Assembly: GCF_964355755.1 (NCBI RefSeq)
Contig: NC_092673.1
Span: forward strand, 3,596,001-3,660,000
Direction of reading: 5' to 3'
Origin: Antedon mediterranea
Lineage: Eukaryota; Animalia; Echinodermata
DNA length: 64,000 nt
Numbering within the stretch: the stretch's first letter is position 1; each line of letters opens with the position of its first letter. Shown here one piece after another: positions 11,801-25,085 of the stretch. The notes beneath the pieces are model-generated. The model searched no databases, had not been told where the DNA came from, and saw nothing but the letters and a program-made list of their open reading frames with translations. Both the position numbers and the translations under genes were made by a program.

Positions 11801-13597
11801 GTGGAAGAGCTTAAGTGCAATTATTTTTGCATCAGTTTTTTAAATACAAGTATGTACTTGTTTTTTTTTAAATTTCGGCAAATCGCAAATATTTATCCAT
11901 AGGTCTATGGTTTTTGTTATAGGCCCAAATTCATGAGGAAAATCACAAAATATTTTTGGAATTAGTTCTATTATGCATATATATATATCACAGAATATTG
12001 TTGAAATTATATATATATATATATATATACGCAATGTAGTTAATATGCAATTTTGATGGCATAATTTTGAAAATATTAAAAACTTACTTGAATATACCGT
12101 AAATCTGTCAGACCTATGTTGATAAATTAAACGGGTCAATGTATATTTAGGTGTTGGAAATTTATTGCATTTCTTAACAAAGCGTTTTCGAAATAGATAA
12201 CACATTTGTCGAGTGATTACTGTACAAATTAAATAATGAGCCTCGTGTATATAATGTGTTTGCGTACAGTTAACCCCGTTAAGTTATTTCAATATCAATA
12301 GATATTATTTGATATTTAGTGTACAATTTAATGATTAATTGGCGTTAATGTGATGGGAAGAGTAAGTGTTTGTCTTTTTCGAAAATTTGCTTGACAACCG
12401 CATGGAATCAACAACATAGATATAGGTTTATTCGTTTTCGCTGATAAGGTAATGGCTAGATAGCGTATAGTATATCTTGCATCCTTCTATATCTTTTGAT
12501 TAATATTTATACCGTCAACAATTTAATATCTGTAGTATAATACTTCATCTCCATCAATATATAGATAATGAATTTATTTCATTAGGATTTTAACCGAATT
12601 CTAACCTTTCAAACCAAGTTTGGTAAATCGAGTAAAATAACAAATAGGTATATTTTAAAAGTATTTATAAATGTTATTATTTATTTTAATTAATTTGTTA
12701 AATTTATTCTATTGCATCACAGTCATTCTCTAGGCCTAAATCATGTATTTTCTGTCAGAATTTTTACTTTTTATTTTTTACATTTAAAAAATGTAATTAT
12801 GACCGGACAGTGTACTTGTGTCAACGACATTAGTAGCTGGGCTAGTTCACATAGTTCATGCAACGGTTAATGTAACAATGAATGTAATGATTTACCCTTC
12901 TCATCCCCTTGTTAGACCTGGGACTTTAAATTATTGTATGAAAAGTCGTAGAATTGAGGTCTTTGAACGAATATCCGAACATGATCTAATATTATGTTGT
13001 ATTTTGATAGTTACATAGGCACATTATAATACAAGCTGTGTTTAATGTGTTGTCATTGACTAGTGTTATACTATCTTTATGAGATTCGATGAAACAAAGC
13101 CTATGAGAAATGATTTTCATTTAGACACGTACAAACTTAAATGTAGTTTATAAATTAAAATGTCTTTATTTTAATCAATAATGTTAACATTATTCCGAGT
13201 AATGATCTACATCATAATGCTGAGAAAGTGACGATTATATTGACACCGTACTGCGCATGCTTTGTATTTTAATCGGATGTGCGCATGACCTTTATATAAA
13301 AAATAAACGATAGAGCACACGTTACAAATTAATCATGCTTAACGACATGTAAATGCACAATTATTACTAAATACAATTATAACAAAAACATACAGATATT
13401 GTGTGATGATATTTGTATGTTGAGACGCGCGCGTACCATGCGCAGACGACCGCTTGGCGCTACCATTGGGAAAAATGCTTTCAATGTCCGGGTCATCAGA
13501 TGACCAGATGAATTGCTATAATTTACCGTATTCATTAAGACAATATAATGTCATGGTATTGGTAATAAAGGTGCAATAATGTATTAATTATATACAA

Positions 13598-13707
13598 ATA
13601 TGCCCAAATATGGTAGTGATATGCCCAAATATAGTAGTGATATGACATCATTATGTCTATATATGGGCACACACATTACATAAAGTTTGATAGTGTAGAC
13701 AGAGCTT
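13598..13707. mobile_element. MITE family A, partial copy
   Basis: Two GCCCAAATATRGTAGTGATAT units, then the right TIR AAAGTTTGATAGTGTAGACAGAGCT. Confidence 0.85.
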
Positions 13708-13823
13708 ATATTAAGCGTTACCATTGGAATGCCATTCCAGTTAGTGTTCTCATGGAAGAGTTTAACTCTTCTCTGGTGTTCTTAACAACAGATATATATT
13801 TTCCTCCTTCCTTTCTTATGAAT

Positions 13824-13862
<39 letters not shown>

Positions 13863-15092
13863 AACGTCATTTTAAATAGAAATAGCTTACAACGAAATAA
13901 CCCACACCGCTGATCAAATAAAATTAATACTTGAGCCTTTTATCATGAAAGCCGACGTACAGCAGATAAAGCAAGACCACGTATTTGTTTGTGAAGCAAA
14001 ACACACCAGCTGAATATTCACATATTGATATGAAAGTTAATGTGAATTAATTGATATGAAAAGCAAAGATACACGGGTTAATGAACATATGAACAACTTC
14101 TCAAAACAATTAAAATGAGTTTAATAGCGGTGAAAATGATGACTGATTAGATTAGATACGTATTAAGCGCCCTAATATTCAGGTCAAACCAACTGGTGAT
14201 GTTTAAGTTAAGTGCTTTGGACTGGTACAGTATGAATGCGCCTAGTTCGTTAATTTTCCCAGTGGAAATTATCACTGTATTAACGCGCATTAAGCCTTAT
14301 TATTAATGTATTCAATTAGTCTTTATGGCGTGCCATAGATGACAAAAACTAGTAGTATTATCTATAAATTTAGCCTAACATTTATATATAAGTGTTTGAT
14401 GTCCTGGTTGTTTTCTGTTGATTTGTCCTGTTCCGTGTCCCGCTTGTTGTTGTCCATTCGTTTTGTGTCCGAGGCAGACCCGACTCAAGATCCTGTATCT
14501 TTCTGGGATCCCGCCTATGTGCCTACATTGCTTAAAGAAAAACCAACACCAAATTCATTCCATTTTATTCAAGTATTGCAATTTCACTCTTTCCTTAATT
14601 AATCGTGAACAAGTAGGCCTATACGCGCGGTTAAGTTATTTCCCGCGCGGAATATTCCCCATTTTAAGTGTGAATTACAATAATTATTAGAAGAATACAA
14701 CAGCTAAAATTATAAAGATAATTTGTCATAAAACTAATAATAATTAATCGTCAACGCATTTAACAAACAAACAAAACACGTTGTATATTTTGTTATCGTA
14801 AATTAATTAGTATTTATGATGTTCAATTTCTTGGTCGCGTGCCGTCTCGTTTCCTTTTACTGCGCGGTAAAATGTAAATATTGATAAGTATTAATGACGA
14901 GATATCGGAACTTAAAAGGATAGCATACTGATTGACATCTCAAAGTGTTATTAATTAACGGCAAGGTGATTAGCGCTAAGTGATTAGTAAATGATGCTAT
15001 TTGAGGCTATTTTCACACGGGTTCAACTCATGGAATAATTATACTCAGTCCCTCATGTAAAAGCATTTTAGAGATGTAATTATAGTTCACTA

Positions 15093-15301
15093 TAATATAA
15101 TATTATACATATATTGCCTGTTTAGAGGTTAAATATAAGATTTGAAATCCCCGAGGGAACGATATTTTGTTCGAGTGAATATATATTTCCCGAAGCGCTA
15201 GCTGAGGGAAATATAATTCTCGAGAGCATAATATCATTCCCTATGGATGTAAAATCTTATATTTTACCGATATAAAAGGGGATATCTGTTATATTATATA
15301 G
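15093..15301. mobile_element. About 200-bp imperfect palindromic non-autonomous element
   Basis: Arms TAAATATAAGATTT..ATCC..AGGGAACGATATT..TCGAG..ATATTTCCC and GGGAAATAT..CTCGA..AATATCATTCCCT..GGAT..AAATCTTATATTTTA surround the centre CCCGAAGCGCTAGCTGAGGG. Confidence 0.65.
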
Positions 15302-15857
15302 CACACTTTTCATGGAAAAAAAAAACATGCTCAAAAGCGTTTTACATAGATACATCTAGACAGACATAAAGATAGGCCTATATAGATATATAATAAAAGT
15401 ATGGATACAGTTCAAGTAGTTAAATTTATATTCAGTTTCATTATTACAACTTTGGCTTATTATATACCGTTATTATAAAACACTTATATATTAAAACATC
15501 AAAAATACAACATTAAAAAGTATGACAATATCTCTTATGTTGAAATCTTCATCATTAAACGCAGATATTTCCTATTTAAAAGGAAAACAACATATTTTAC
15601 TCTTTACCATCTACTTAAAAACAAAAATTAAAAATAATAATGATTTATAAGTGTTAATACATAACGTGAGAATAAGTTCAGCTTTTACTATTCCGTCTAG
15701 GCTGCTTCAACTCAACGCACTTGACATAAACCGATCAATGTATAGTATTACAATTTAGTTTAGTAGGCCTAAATATTTTGGAGAAATAAAGGGTATACCC
15801 ACTGTTTTAATGACTGAAATAATTGAGTTTAAAACGTAATATTATTTTTACTTTTAG

Positions 15858-16042
15858 CAGCAGCAGCACAAAGCCAGGGTATAACAGTAGATAAAGATGG
15901 TAAGAAAAAGCATACAAGGCCTACGTTCTCTGGACAACAAATATTCGCTTTGGAAAAAACATTCGAACAAACCAAATATTTAGCAGGCCCTGAACGGGCT
16001 CGATTGGCCTACGCCCTTGGTATGACTGAAAGTCAAGTGAAG
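15858..16042 (+). CDS. Nkx6: Nkx6 coding exon 2 (homeodomain N-terminal arm to start of helix 3)
   Basis: Encodes [51 protein letters not shown], the diagnostic NK6 homeodomain. Acceptor TTTTAG|CAG, donor AAG|GTAAGA. The exact start is ambiguous by multiples of 3 nt. Confidence 0.97.
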
Positions 16043-16237
16043 GTAAGAATATTATAATAATTATTTTTTAATAAATTCACAAAGATTAAAGAAACAACAA
16101 TGATAATTAATATCTATAAAATGTCGTTTGAATGCTGTACGCGCTCATCAAATACCAGTACCGTGAGATAATTTTCATATTTTAAAGATATATTGCCACC
16201 CCCCCCCCCCCCAATAATAATAATAAAATGCCATTTA

Positions 16238-16410
16238 ATGTCACATACCGGTAACAGTTATTTACTTTGACCAAAACTGGATCGAAAAACAATTATTTAC
16301 CTGAAAAATGTAATTTAAAGCAATGGTTTTTGGTTAAAATTAAACGTTTATGCTGTATTTTTATACGTGAAATAATTTTTTTGGGTGTTTTTTTTACAAA
16401 AGTGAATAAC
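16238..16410 (+). repeat. Dispersed repeat shared with 40224-40367
   Basis: TGTCACATA...TTTACCTGAAAAATGTAATTTAAAGCAA...TGGTTTT...TTTTTATAYGTGAA occurs at both sites. Confidence 0.6.
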
Positions 16411-17144
16411 TTTATTAAAACGAAAAAAGAACCTATTTAAAGTCTGATTTTATTATTCTTAATTTTTCATGTTTTTGAGGGATAATACCTCTTTAATATC
16501 AAGTCAATTGCAATAAAATGTATAGGCTATACAAGAAAATATATAAAAGATTAATATTGTGGTACAATAAAACCTCTCAATTTCGTATATGAGAAGCCAA
16601 GGGAATTATGTTCTAGTATAGGTTTAAGGTACGTCATACACTAATAATAGGTACTTTTTGCGAGTTTTTCGAAATGTTTCACATCGTAAAACAGATGGTT
16701 AAATTTCCAATCGAACATGGAATTTAACGAACGATAACGACATATTACTAGGATTAAATATAGTGGAATGAAGGAAAAATATTGTGCTTTGGTATTTTGT
16801 TGAGCATTTTAATTCAATCACGTGATCGCATCAATATTTCTACGCAGTAAATCATCAACGACTTAACCTATTTGGAAACAATTTTTATATTAATCAGATA
16901 ATTGAAAATGCTATCGAATAATTTTTACTGGTTATACATTTGACAACTGTAGAATTTTCAGCGTTGATTTACACTCGTGGCAAACTAAACTTAGTAGGAT
17001 TTGAAGTTAACGAAAATATTTTAACGAGCGTATAAAAACTGATATTAATAAATTGTCGTTTTGCAAATGGAGCTTAATCAAATACTGGCGAATACATTAT
17101 TATGATTGAGGAGACCGTACGCCAATATGAGCAGTGAATGCTAT

Positions 17145-17476
17145 CATCATTATTATCATTAATGCATCTCCTCCTTATCATCGTATCTCATCAACATAAC
17201 TATCATATTTTCGTCAACTTGACCACCACAACTTCATGATTCACCATAATTATCACTCGTTGTCAACATCTTTCGTTGTCATCATCATCACCATCATCTT
17301 CATCTTTTTCGTCATCGTCATCTTTTTCACCACCATCATCTTCGTCACCATCATCATCTTCGTCTTCGTCACCATCATCTTCGTAATCATCATCATCTTC
17401 GTCACCATCATCACCTTTTTTACCATCATCATCATCATTATCATTTTCCTCACATCATTATCATCTTCTTTTTTAC

Positions 17477-17509
<33 letters not shown>

Positions 17510-17522
17510 TATCATTATTATC
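17145..17522. repeat. Degenerate (CAT/CGT/CTT)n trinucleotide microsatellite
   Basis: Directly visible; includes a pure (CAT)n stretch near 17477-17510. Confidence 0.9.
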
Positions 17523-20500
17523 CGTACGTTCATATGAAAACATTCTTTAAAATAAGTAATCCCGATGTAGTCTCCCATCTGTAGTCGTAGCGCTCGTCTA
17601 AAAACTTCTGCTAAATAATAAAGCCTATTAAAATCAATTTGTTTCGATTTTTGTTAATGATTAAAGTGTAATTTGGCAATTATTCTGAGTGCGTGGTATA
17701 TCCTGTAAATAAATCTTGTGATTGATTAGACTGTAAAACAATTACCCAATAATTGTCGCTGTAATTCAATGTAAACCTTTACCAAATGTGACAGATTCTG
17801 CATCTTAAAGTCTCAATTACCTTTTATTTAAAATCGTTAAGTGACCATCAAAAAAAAGTAAGGAACATTTCAATTAGTAAGCAAATATCTGCTCGTTATT
17901 ATAAAATTATTTATTTAATCGGGCTACAGTTTAATTATAAGATTATATATTTTAGTAATCACATCACTTTTATTCGTTTTGTAGGCCTATACCAAAGTAT
18001 GTTCACTAAAATACTGGGATGTCGAATGTATAACTATTTCAATTAATTTCAATACTCGAAACAACAGCCTGTATAGTATTTATAAGATTGTAATAGTACT
18101 TTTAAAAAAATAACTGAAATCAAATCATCGATAAAATAGTGAAAAACTGTGTTGTGTAAAATGATGTCAATATTTTGTACGCGTCAATGTTACGACGTCT
18201 CTTCGTTGGCACCAAGATATATACGCCTGTTTTTGTGACGGGTTTAATTTGATATTATTCACCGATAAAAGACATGACATAACTAATAATTCGTAATAAT
18301 AAGTTCATCTGTTCAAAACCATCACACAATATAGGGGAATGATGGCCGCGTAACCTGGCTAGCAGACGATAAAACCATCTCCTAGCCCTTTGGCGCCAAC
18401 ACCTGCGTAAACTGAGCGATCTTTGTAAAGTAAAGTACAGTACATAGGTACCCAGGGGCTCGTAGTAACATTTCTGGCTATCATTGTATGAATTGTAGCT
18501 ATAATTCTTTCTTGAAAATAGTTGTACTTAGGCTGTTTCTCAGTACTTTGGGGCATTCATTCTCTCGTTGTAATGTTCTCTATCACCGGTTGACCTTCGT
18601 TAATACTCGTTTCTTAAATACAAATGTATGTTTTCGTAGATCTTTTACGAGGATTTTAACGAACGATTTACAATTAACATCTCGGAAAAATAGTTTCGAT
18701 TGAGGATTTGTGACTGTTATTGAAGCTTTTATAACGAAAGAATTTATGTAAGAAGATTAAAGTAAGAAAGGATTAACTTGCGTACAACATATTTTACCTG
18801 AAACTAAATACTTACAGTATATTTAAAGTTTATGCCGTCTATTAGACAGAGGACGCTTTAAAATCTTGCGAACTTTCTTATTATACTCGCTAGTTACACG
18901 CGAGTATTTTACGCGCGCGTTCGATTGTTGATAACAAGGCACATCAACGTTGTACCGCATTATTTGGTGAATGTTTTTTTGTTTAAATCCCATCATTCTC
19001 GACAAAATTAAATATTAAACTTAAACAGATATTCTATTCTTTTACAAGATAGCGAAGATAACTAAACAAAAATTCTGGAGAGTTTTTGCATTTCTTGTTA
19101 AAACTCTATTAATTGAGGTATTAATAAGATGGTTAAATTTCGCCAGGTGTGAACTGGTTTAGCAAGTGCGTTTGCTGCAAGCTAAATGCGTTTATCAACA
19201 CCTTCTAAATAACTGGAAACTAAAAATAAAAACATCCTATTTAAAGTTCGAAAGTGCATCTTAACTCAAATCCTATACCAGTCAAGTCCACTTTTCGTTA
19301 AATAATTTTCATATATCATTTTTATAAATCATTTTTATATATCCATATCAAATAGAAATAGGCCTATACGACAACATTCATTTAATAACTAGCTAGCGTA
19401 TGTTGTTTATGTATTACATTCACTGAGGCCAAATCGAGATTATCGAAAGCTTTTTAGTTGGCTTTGTTTTTGTCAAATAAGTAATGTAATTATTATTATT
19501 ATTATTTTACATTTAACAACGATATATCTAAAGTAGGCTACAATGATATTCATAATATTTTGTTAAACATTGTTTATTTGCTGTCTTGTGAATGTATGTA
19601 ATTATCGGTGCAATTTTTGTATAAATAAATAGTTACACTGTTCAATAAATCTGATGCAATGTAATACAATAAAAATAAAAAATTTTAAACGGATTTTACA
19701 TTAAAAATAAACAAATGATTTAAATAAACTATAAATGCATTACCTCAGCAACAATGATACGTCCTTGTAATATTCAAGAATCGTTTTCTTTTTTCAAACG
19801 TTATCAATAGGCCTAAATAGGCCATCCTTATTTATTTTCTTCTTCGATGTGGACTGACATACAATTATTTTTTTTAATAAATTTAAAAGCACAAGGTTAC
19901 AAATCTTAATTGTAGGCTCTAACATTGTCTGGTAATATTAAACAAGAGTTTAGCGTAATAAAGGACGAAACGAGATTTCGATTGTCCCTTGATAGACGTG
20001 AAACGCGATTTAAATGTGTGAAACGCGTTAGCTATTGTGTGTCTATTAACACCTTGGACTTTCATCGTGGCGTAAAAGTTACCACTGTTGTTCGCTCATA
20101 TTTACACAATTTGAATTTAATTTGTTTTTGGCGAGCAATTTAAGTACTGATTTCCGGCCTTCGTGAAATGTAATTAAAAAATGATTATTTTACGTATAAA
20201 CTACCAAAAGGTATTTGTATCCCGTATTAACGTCATTTTAATGCATTTTGTTGACAGCCAGAAAATTGCTTTATTGGGAAAAAATTAAAGGTATAATTTT
20301 AAAGAGAAACGCGAGTTGAGAAAGAAAATTTCTTGTGCAAAGTTCACATTATTAAATAATATTTTAAATACTTCTATAAATATTCGATTCACTAAGGATA
20401 CATTTGATGATAATAACATCCACTTGGAGACCGATATATCTAGGTATATATTTGCTTCAAAAACAGTTTGAATATAGTACACCGCGGCTGCGCAAATAAC

Positions 20501-23280
20501 CGAATAAATAGACACTCTGTAATGGCCAATCATGGCATTATGCTAACTAAAATGATTGTGACACTCAAATGTACATCATATTATATTTTGATTGCATAAA
20601 ATACGATAAACTCAATAATCGATGATTTAGTAATTTAGCTTCGGTTTTTTCTTGTTTTTTTTTTTATTAAAAAAATGTATTCATTATAACAAGTAAATGA
20701 ATAGTATAGTTTATTGATATTAGTGACAGATATTAAAAGGCCAACAACAGCAGCAGCGTTAAGTTATAGTTTGTGTTTTTAAAGCCCGTACTATAGTTTA
20801 GTAATAATATAGGCCTACAATAGTCGAATATGTCGTAACAGTAATATAAGTAATGGGTCTTGTAAGCTTTGAAATTGAAGATAGCGGTAATGAATAGCTG
20901 TATAGGGAGTATTTTCATTTTTATTAGTATCATTATTATCATAAATACGTCAAGTGTAAATGAAGCTAAGTACACTTACAAGCATTTACTTGCGGCGTTC
21001 TTCAAACGTACGATATATGATTCCAGTCATCTTGTAGGCCGTAAAGAATAGAAACAATATTGCTAAAGCGTTGATGATAAAATTTACCAAACGGACTTAC
21101 TGGTGTTTTCAAAACTATGGCATTTACTGACCCATGGGACCTCGAGTTAACGGTGTCACTTCAAAAGAAACTTAAGACAACAATTCCTTTCAAGAAAAAA
21201 AAAGTGCTACGATTAGTAAAAACAGTAAGTTTCATATGGCGAGCGATTATCTTAAACGCCTGTCTTTATAATCCGAAACACTTTGCAAACGACTTCTTTC
21301 GAGTAATAATGACTGATAGATCTTTATGATATTGTATCATTTTAGTGTTTTGCTCAATTTAAACGAACTAACGTGTATTTACGCGCTCTTTGCTGGCTTT
21401 TAAACACTGATTTTGTCAACGTTGTTTCCACAGCGTCGATGCGGATATTATCATTGCAATTAATATTTTCAAATAAGACACAAATACGGCTTAAGTAGGC
21501 TGTAATTGCGTTTTGTCGCCAAATAAAACACAACCGTTAACTTGTACCGAATATTTTTATGAGATATATCTCAACAATAATTGCAATTTTTTCAATGTAA
21601 AACATGTTGAAACATATGCTGTTGCGCAAGCAGTTAGACAAAGTGCTTTCCCGCACTATTTTAATTCTATTTAAAAAAAACATGCGAATTATGCAACGCA
21701 TTAAATAATAGTACACGAGGCGAGACAACTCAATATTGCCAGAGAAAAGTAAGGTTATTGCATATTTAAATTTTAAGATTATGTCTATAAGTGAGTGATC
21801 CTTTATTTCTCTCTTGTAAATCGACTAATAACTCAATTTGTCATGTTGTGATGCGACTGTTGACAAGGTTTGTAAATACATCGAAATCGTTGAAGGAATA
21901 AGTAAATAAACCAAGTCATGAAAAAAAAAACAACCGGAGAAAGAATCCGTTGATTAATATCCTAGTCCTTTCAAGAATGTACAGTACATTTCTGATGATG
22001 ACGGTTTAAAGAATTGATTAATTCGTCTTCAGGCCTATTACGACTTTGATTAATTAGGATAGAGTTTTGATTATTAAGACAATTAAACTTGTAAGTGTAT
22101 TGATCAAGATAATAAATTTTAGATTTAATTCTAAGCTATTTGTCCTTGTTGAATTAAAAACACGAGCGATATTGATGTTGGGAAAACCGGTAAAGCTGGC
22201 AAAATACGTTAGTGTTTGTGTATTTAAACAAATTATTGTTTTTTTCAAATGTCTTTACAATCGCTAGTTTAATTTTTTTTATATTTGAAGACAATTTTTT
22301 GTTTATGATTTAAATTCATTAGTTGTGAATCTAATGAATTCAAAATTATTATTTTTATTATTCTATAATAAGTAGCATGACCTTATATTTATGATACGCA
22401 ATTTGACACCCGGGTTCAAACACTGATGAAAGTTATACGCGCGCGTTAACTTTGTGTTAATGATGATTTTGAATTGCGCCCTCTCTATCGACACACATTT
22501 TCAGTCTGACCAAATCAAAATTTGTGTTTTTTTCCCATTTTATTGATATCGATGAAAATTAATGTGTGCAAATATTATCCATCTAATAAAATCTAATTTT
22601 ATAATAAAGATTTGAGACACGTTGAGTATCATAAATCACACATTTAAAATTATTATTTTATTCAAGACGTGTTTTTGTGCGTTATTATTATCCTTTTCAT
22701 GGCAACCAAATTGCTCCTAATTACCTCAACATTGTTAGTTACTGTGCAAGTTCATTAATACCTCGGCAGTTAATTGTATATCGGCAAATCAAACGGTTTC
22801 TTCTACCAGATCAACACTTATACCAGAATATAATTGCAAATATTATTTACCAAATACCTAAGACCAGCGATAACAAGATATGAATTGCACGCTATACTCG
22901 AGTACGTACACTTATTAATTACTGAGAAACATGATTTCTGGATAGCTTATCGTGTAAACATTCATTACCCCAGCCACGTGAAATTCTCATTACACTATTA
23001 TTACCCAAGTATTCTAGTCATTTTTGTCATAATGATTGCGATATTCTAGCAATAAATTATAGGATATGTAATTTACAGCTCTTTAATTTTGTCGACAATT
23101 ACGAGAAAGGCTGTTGGACTAATAGGAGGTTATTAATAACATTTATTTTTGTGTTCTTCCGCGCAACTGGTGCGTTTTGTGGTATGCTGTTATTTCTATC
23201 CCGGAATTGAAATGTCAACATTATTACTGATGCAAATATTAAATAAACGACAGAACTGTACCCAGCTACTTAATTGCTAA

Positions 23281-23317
23281 AGCTATGTCTACACTATCAA
23301 ACTAGTGTGACAAAAAA
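23281..23317. mobile_element. MITE family A, solo left end
   Basis: TAA-AGCTATGTCTACACTATCAAACTAGTGTGACAAAAAA. Confidence 0.75.
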
Positions 23318-23450
23318 CCTTGAACTATCATGTACTGTATATCTATCATAAAATTGTGAATATGTTTTTTTAAGTTGTGATATCATGACGGTTACATAAT
23401 CAATTAATATCCGGTTATAATATTGATTATAAATATGTTTTCTTTTCTAG

Positions 23451-23675
23451 GTATGGTTTCAAAACCGACGAACGAAATGGCGTAAGAAACACGCGGCGGA
23501 GATGGCCTCCGCTAAGCGTCGCCAGGATAACGAAACACATGATTTAGTGGCGGCTAAAACAAGCCTACCAAATGAACGAGAAATGGACAGAAACAATCCA
23601 GAAATGCTTGCAAAAAGAATACGAATCGAAAATAATCAGGAAGAAGACAAATCAGACTCGGAAAGTCTGAATTGA
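23451..23675 (+). CDS. Nkx6: Nkx6 coding exon 3 (homeodomain helix 3 and C-terminus)
   Basis: Acceptor TTTTCTAG|GTA. Encodes [26 protein letters not shown]...[11 protein letters not shown] with TGA at 23673-23675. The intron falls at the classic QVK|VWF position. Confidence 0.97.
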   Translation, partial: VWFQNRRTKWRKKHAAEMASAKRRQDNETHDLVAAKTSLPNEREMDRNNPEMLAKRIRIENNQEEDKSDSESLN

Positions 23676-23847
23676 TTCTGTATTTCTTAAATTGAGAAAC
23701 TTTTAGAGGATTGTGGCCCTTGGCTGGTCAAGGGACCTTAGCGACATGCACCGCACCAGTTTCCTTCTGCGCATGCTTATTTACCAAGAGTATAAAGTTG
23801 GAAGGAAGCTGTTTGTACCATAGAACATTTCAAACTGTATAGAAAAT

Positions 23848-23948
23848 AATAAATTGTATGTAAAGCACTGTTTAAGTTAACTGTTTTGAAAGGAAATCCT
23901 TCCATCAGGATAACATATTTATGATTTTTTTTTTATTATAGTAATAAA
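23848..23948 (+). terminator. Candidate Nkx6 polyadenylation signals
   Basis: AATAAA at 23848 and 23943, downstream of the stop. Weak evidence because the background is AT-rich. Confidence 0.35.
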
Positions 23949-24794
23949 CTTTAAAACAATATATATATATATGTTTTTACTTTCGCAATGATGTATAAAG
24001 TCTTAGAGAAATAGACTCAATATAAAAAGGGGAAAATCATTTTCGTCATAATCAAGTCACATAAATTAAATTCTACTTCATTCTATGAAAATTTGAATTT
24101 GGAGACTCTTCGCACAATTTTGACTTGGAAAAGTCCGACAACAGTCGCCCATGCGCACATGGTCCTTTATCTACTGAGTTTCTTTAAAGTCAAAGAAGAT
24201 GAGCGAACCAATCAAATTGTTCTTTTGTTTAGCATTGTGAAAGTAGTCAAGTGATCTATTAGCTGATCCAATGCTTATTGTATATTATATAATATTTTAC
24301 TCTAATTGGGCAAACAAACTTTCAAATCTCGGATGTGCGCGTATACTAAAAGCGTACGCGCACTTCGATTAATCTAATAATGTTCACATATTTTCTTATG
24401 ACAAACAATATCTTATGTAATCATCTAAATAAAATGTCATGTCATACATTGCGCGTCTTCGATAAGCCTAAGTACGCACCTTCTCATATAGAACATTAGA
24501 TGGTTCTTATTGTAAGATAAATTGGATCTTTAACATTGCCTTGATCTTTTATTGTAGTGAGTTGTGAAAAGTCATACTTTAAGCGGGCAATCTGTATTTT
24601 AGTAATGATAAAACACATATCCGTTTTCCATTGCATATCTGTATATGGCATTTAACGTGTTAATGACACTAAATGGCGTATGGCCTAGACAAAACAAAAC
24701 TTTCAATAAGACATTAAAAATATATGCATGGCATTTCGTGATTTATGTTTTCTGGAATATTGATACTGACGGATAATCCGGAATTTTATGAAGA

Positions 24795-25085
24795 ATTTTA
24801 GCGATTGTCCATAAGAAAAATCTAAAGTAACATGAATGGCTTGATAGACGTGTAACACTAACAATATAATGAGTTGGAATCGATATTTTTAGGAAATGTT
24901 GAATAAAATAAAAGAGTGAAATAATATTATTTAGCGTCTTGTCCATAAAGAGCAACAATATTAGTGGCATGTATGACTGATAGACGTGTAACACTAAACT
25001 ATAATGAGTTGAAATCGATATTTTTAGGAAATGTTCAATAAAATAAAATAGTTAAATAATATTTAGCGTCTTGTACATAAAGAAC
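24795..25085. repeat. About 136-bp local tandem duplication (2 clear copies plus degenerate flanks)
   Basis: TGATAGACGTGTAACACTAA..TATAATGAGTTGRAATCGATATTTTTAGGAAATGTT..TTTAGCGTCTTGT starts at 24842 and again at 24978. Confidence 0.85.

Noticed and set aside
17221-17230. GACCACCAC as a Gli site for Hedgehog control of Nkx6
   Set aside because: It mismatches GACCACCCA and is embedded in a degenerate trinucleotide repeat.
17236-17550. Ile/Phe-rich and Met/Asp-rich ORFs
   Set aside because: Translations of a (CAT)n-type microsatellite inside Nkx6 intron 2.
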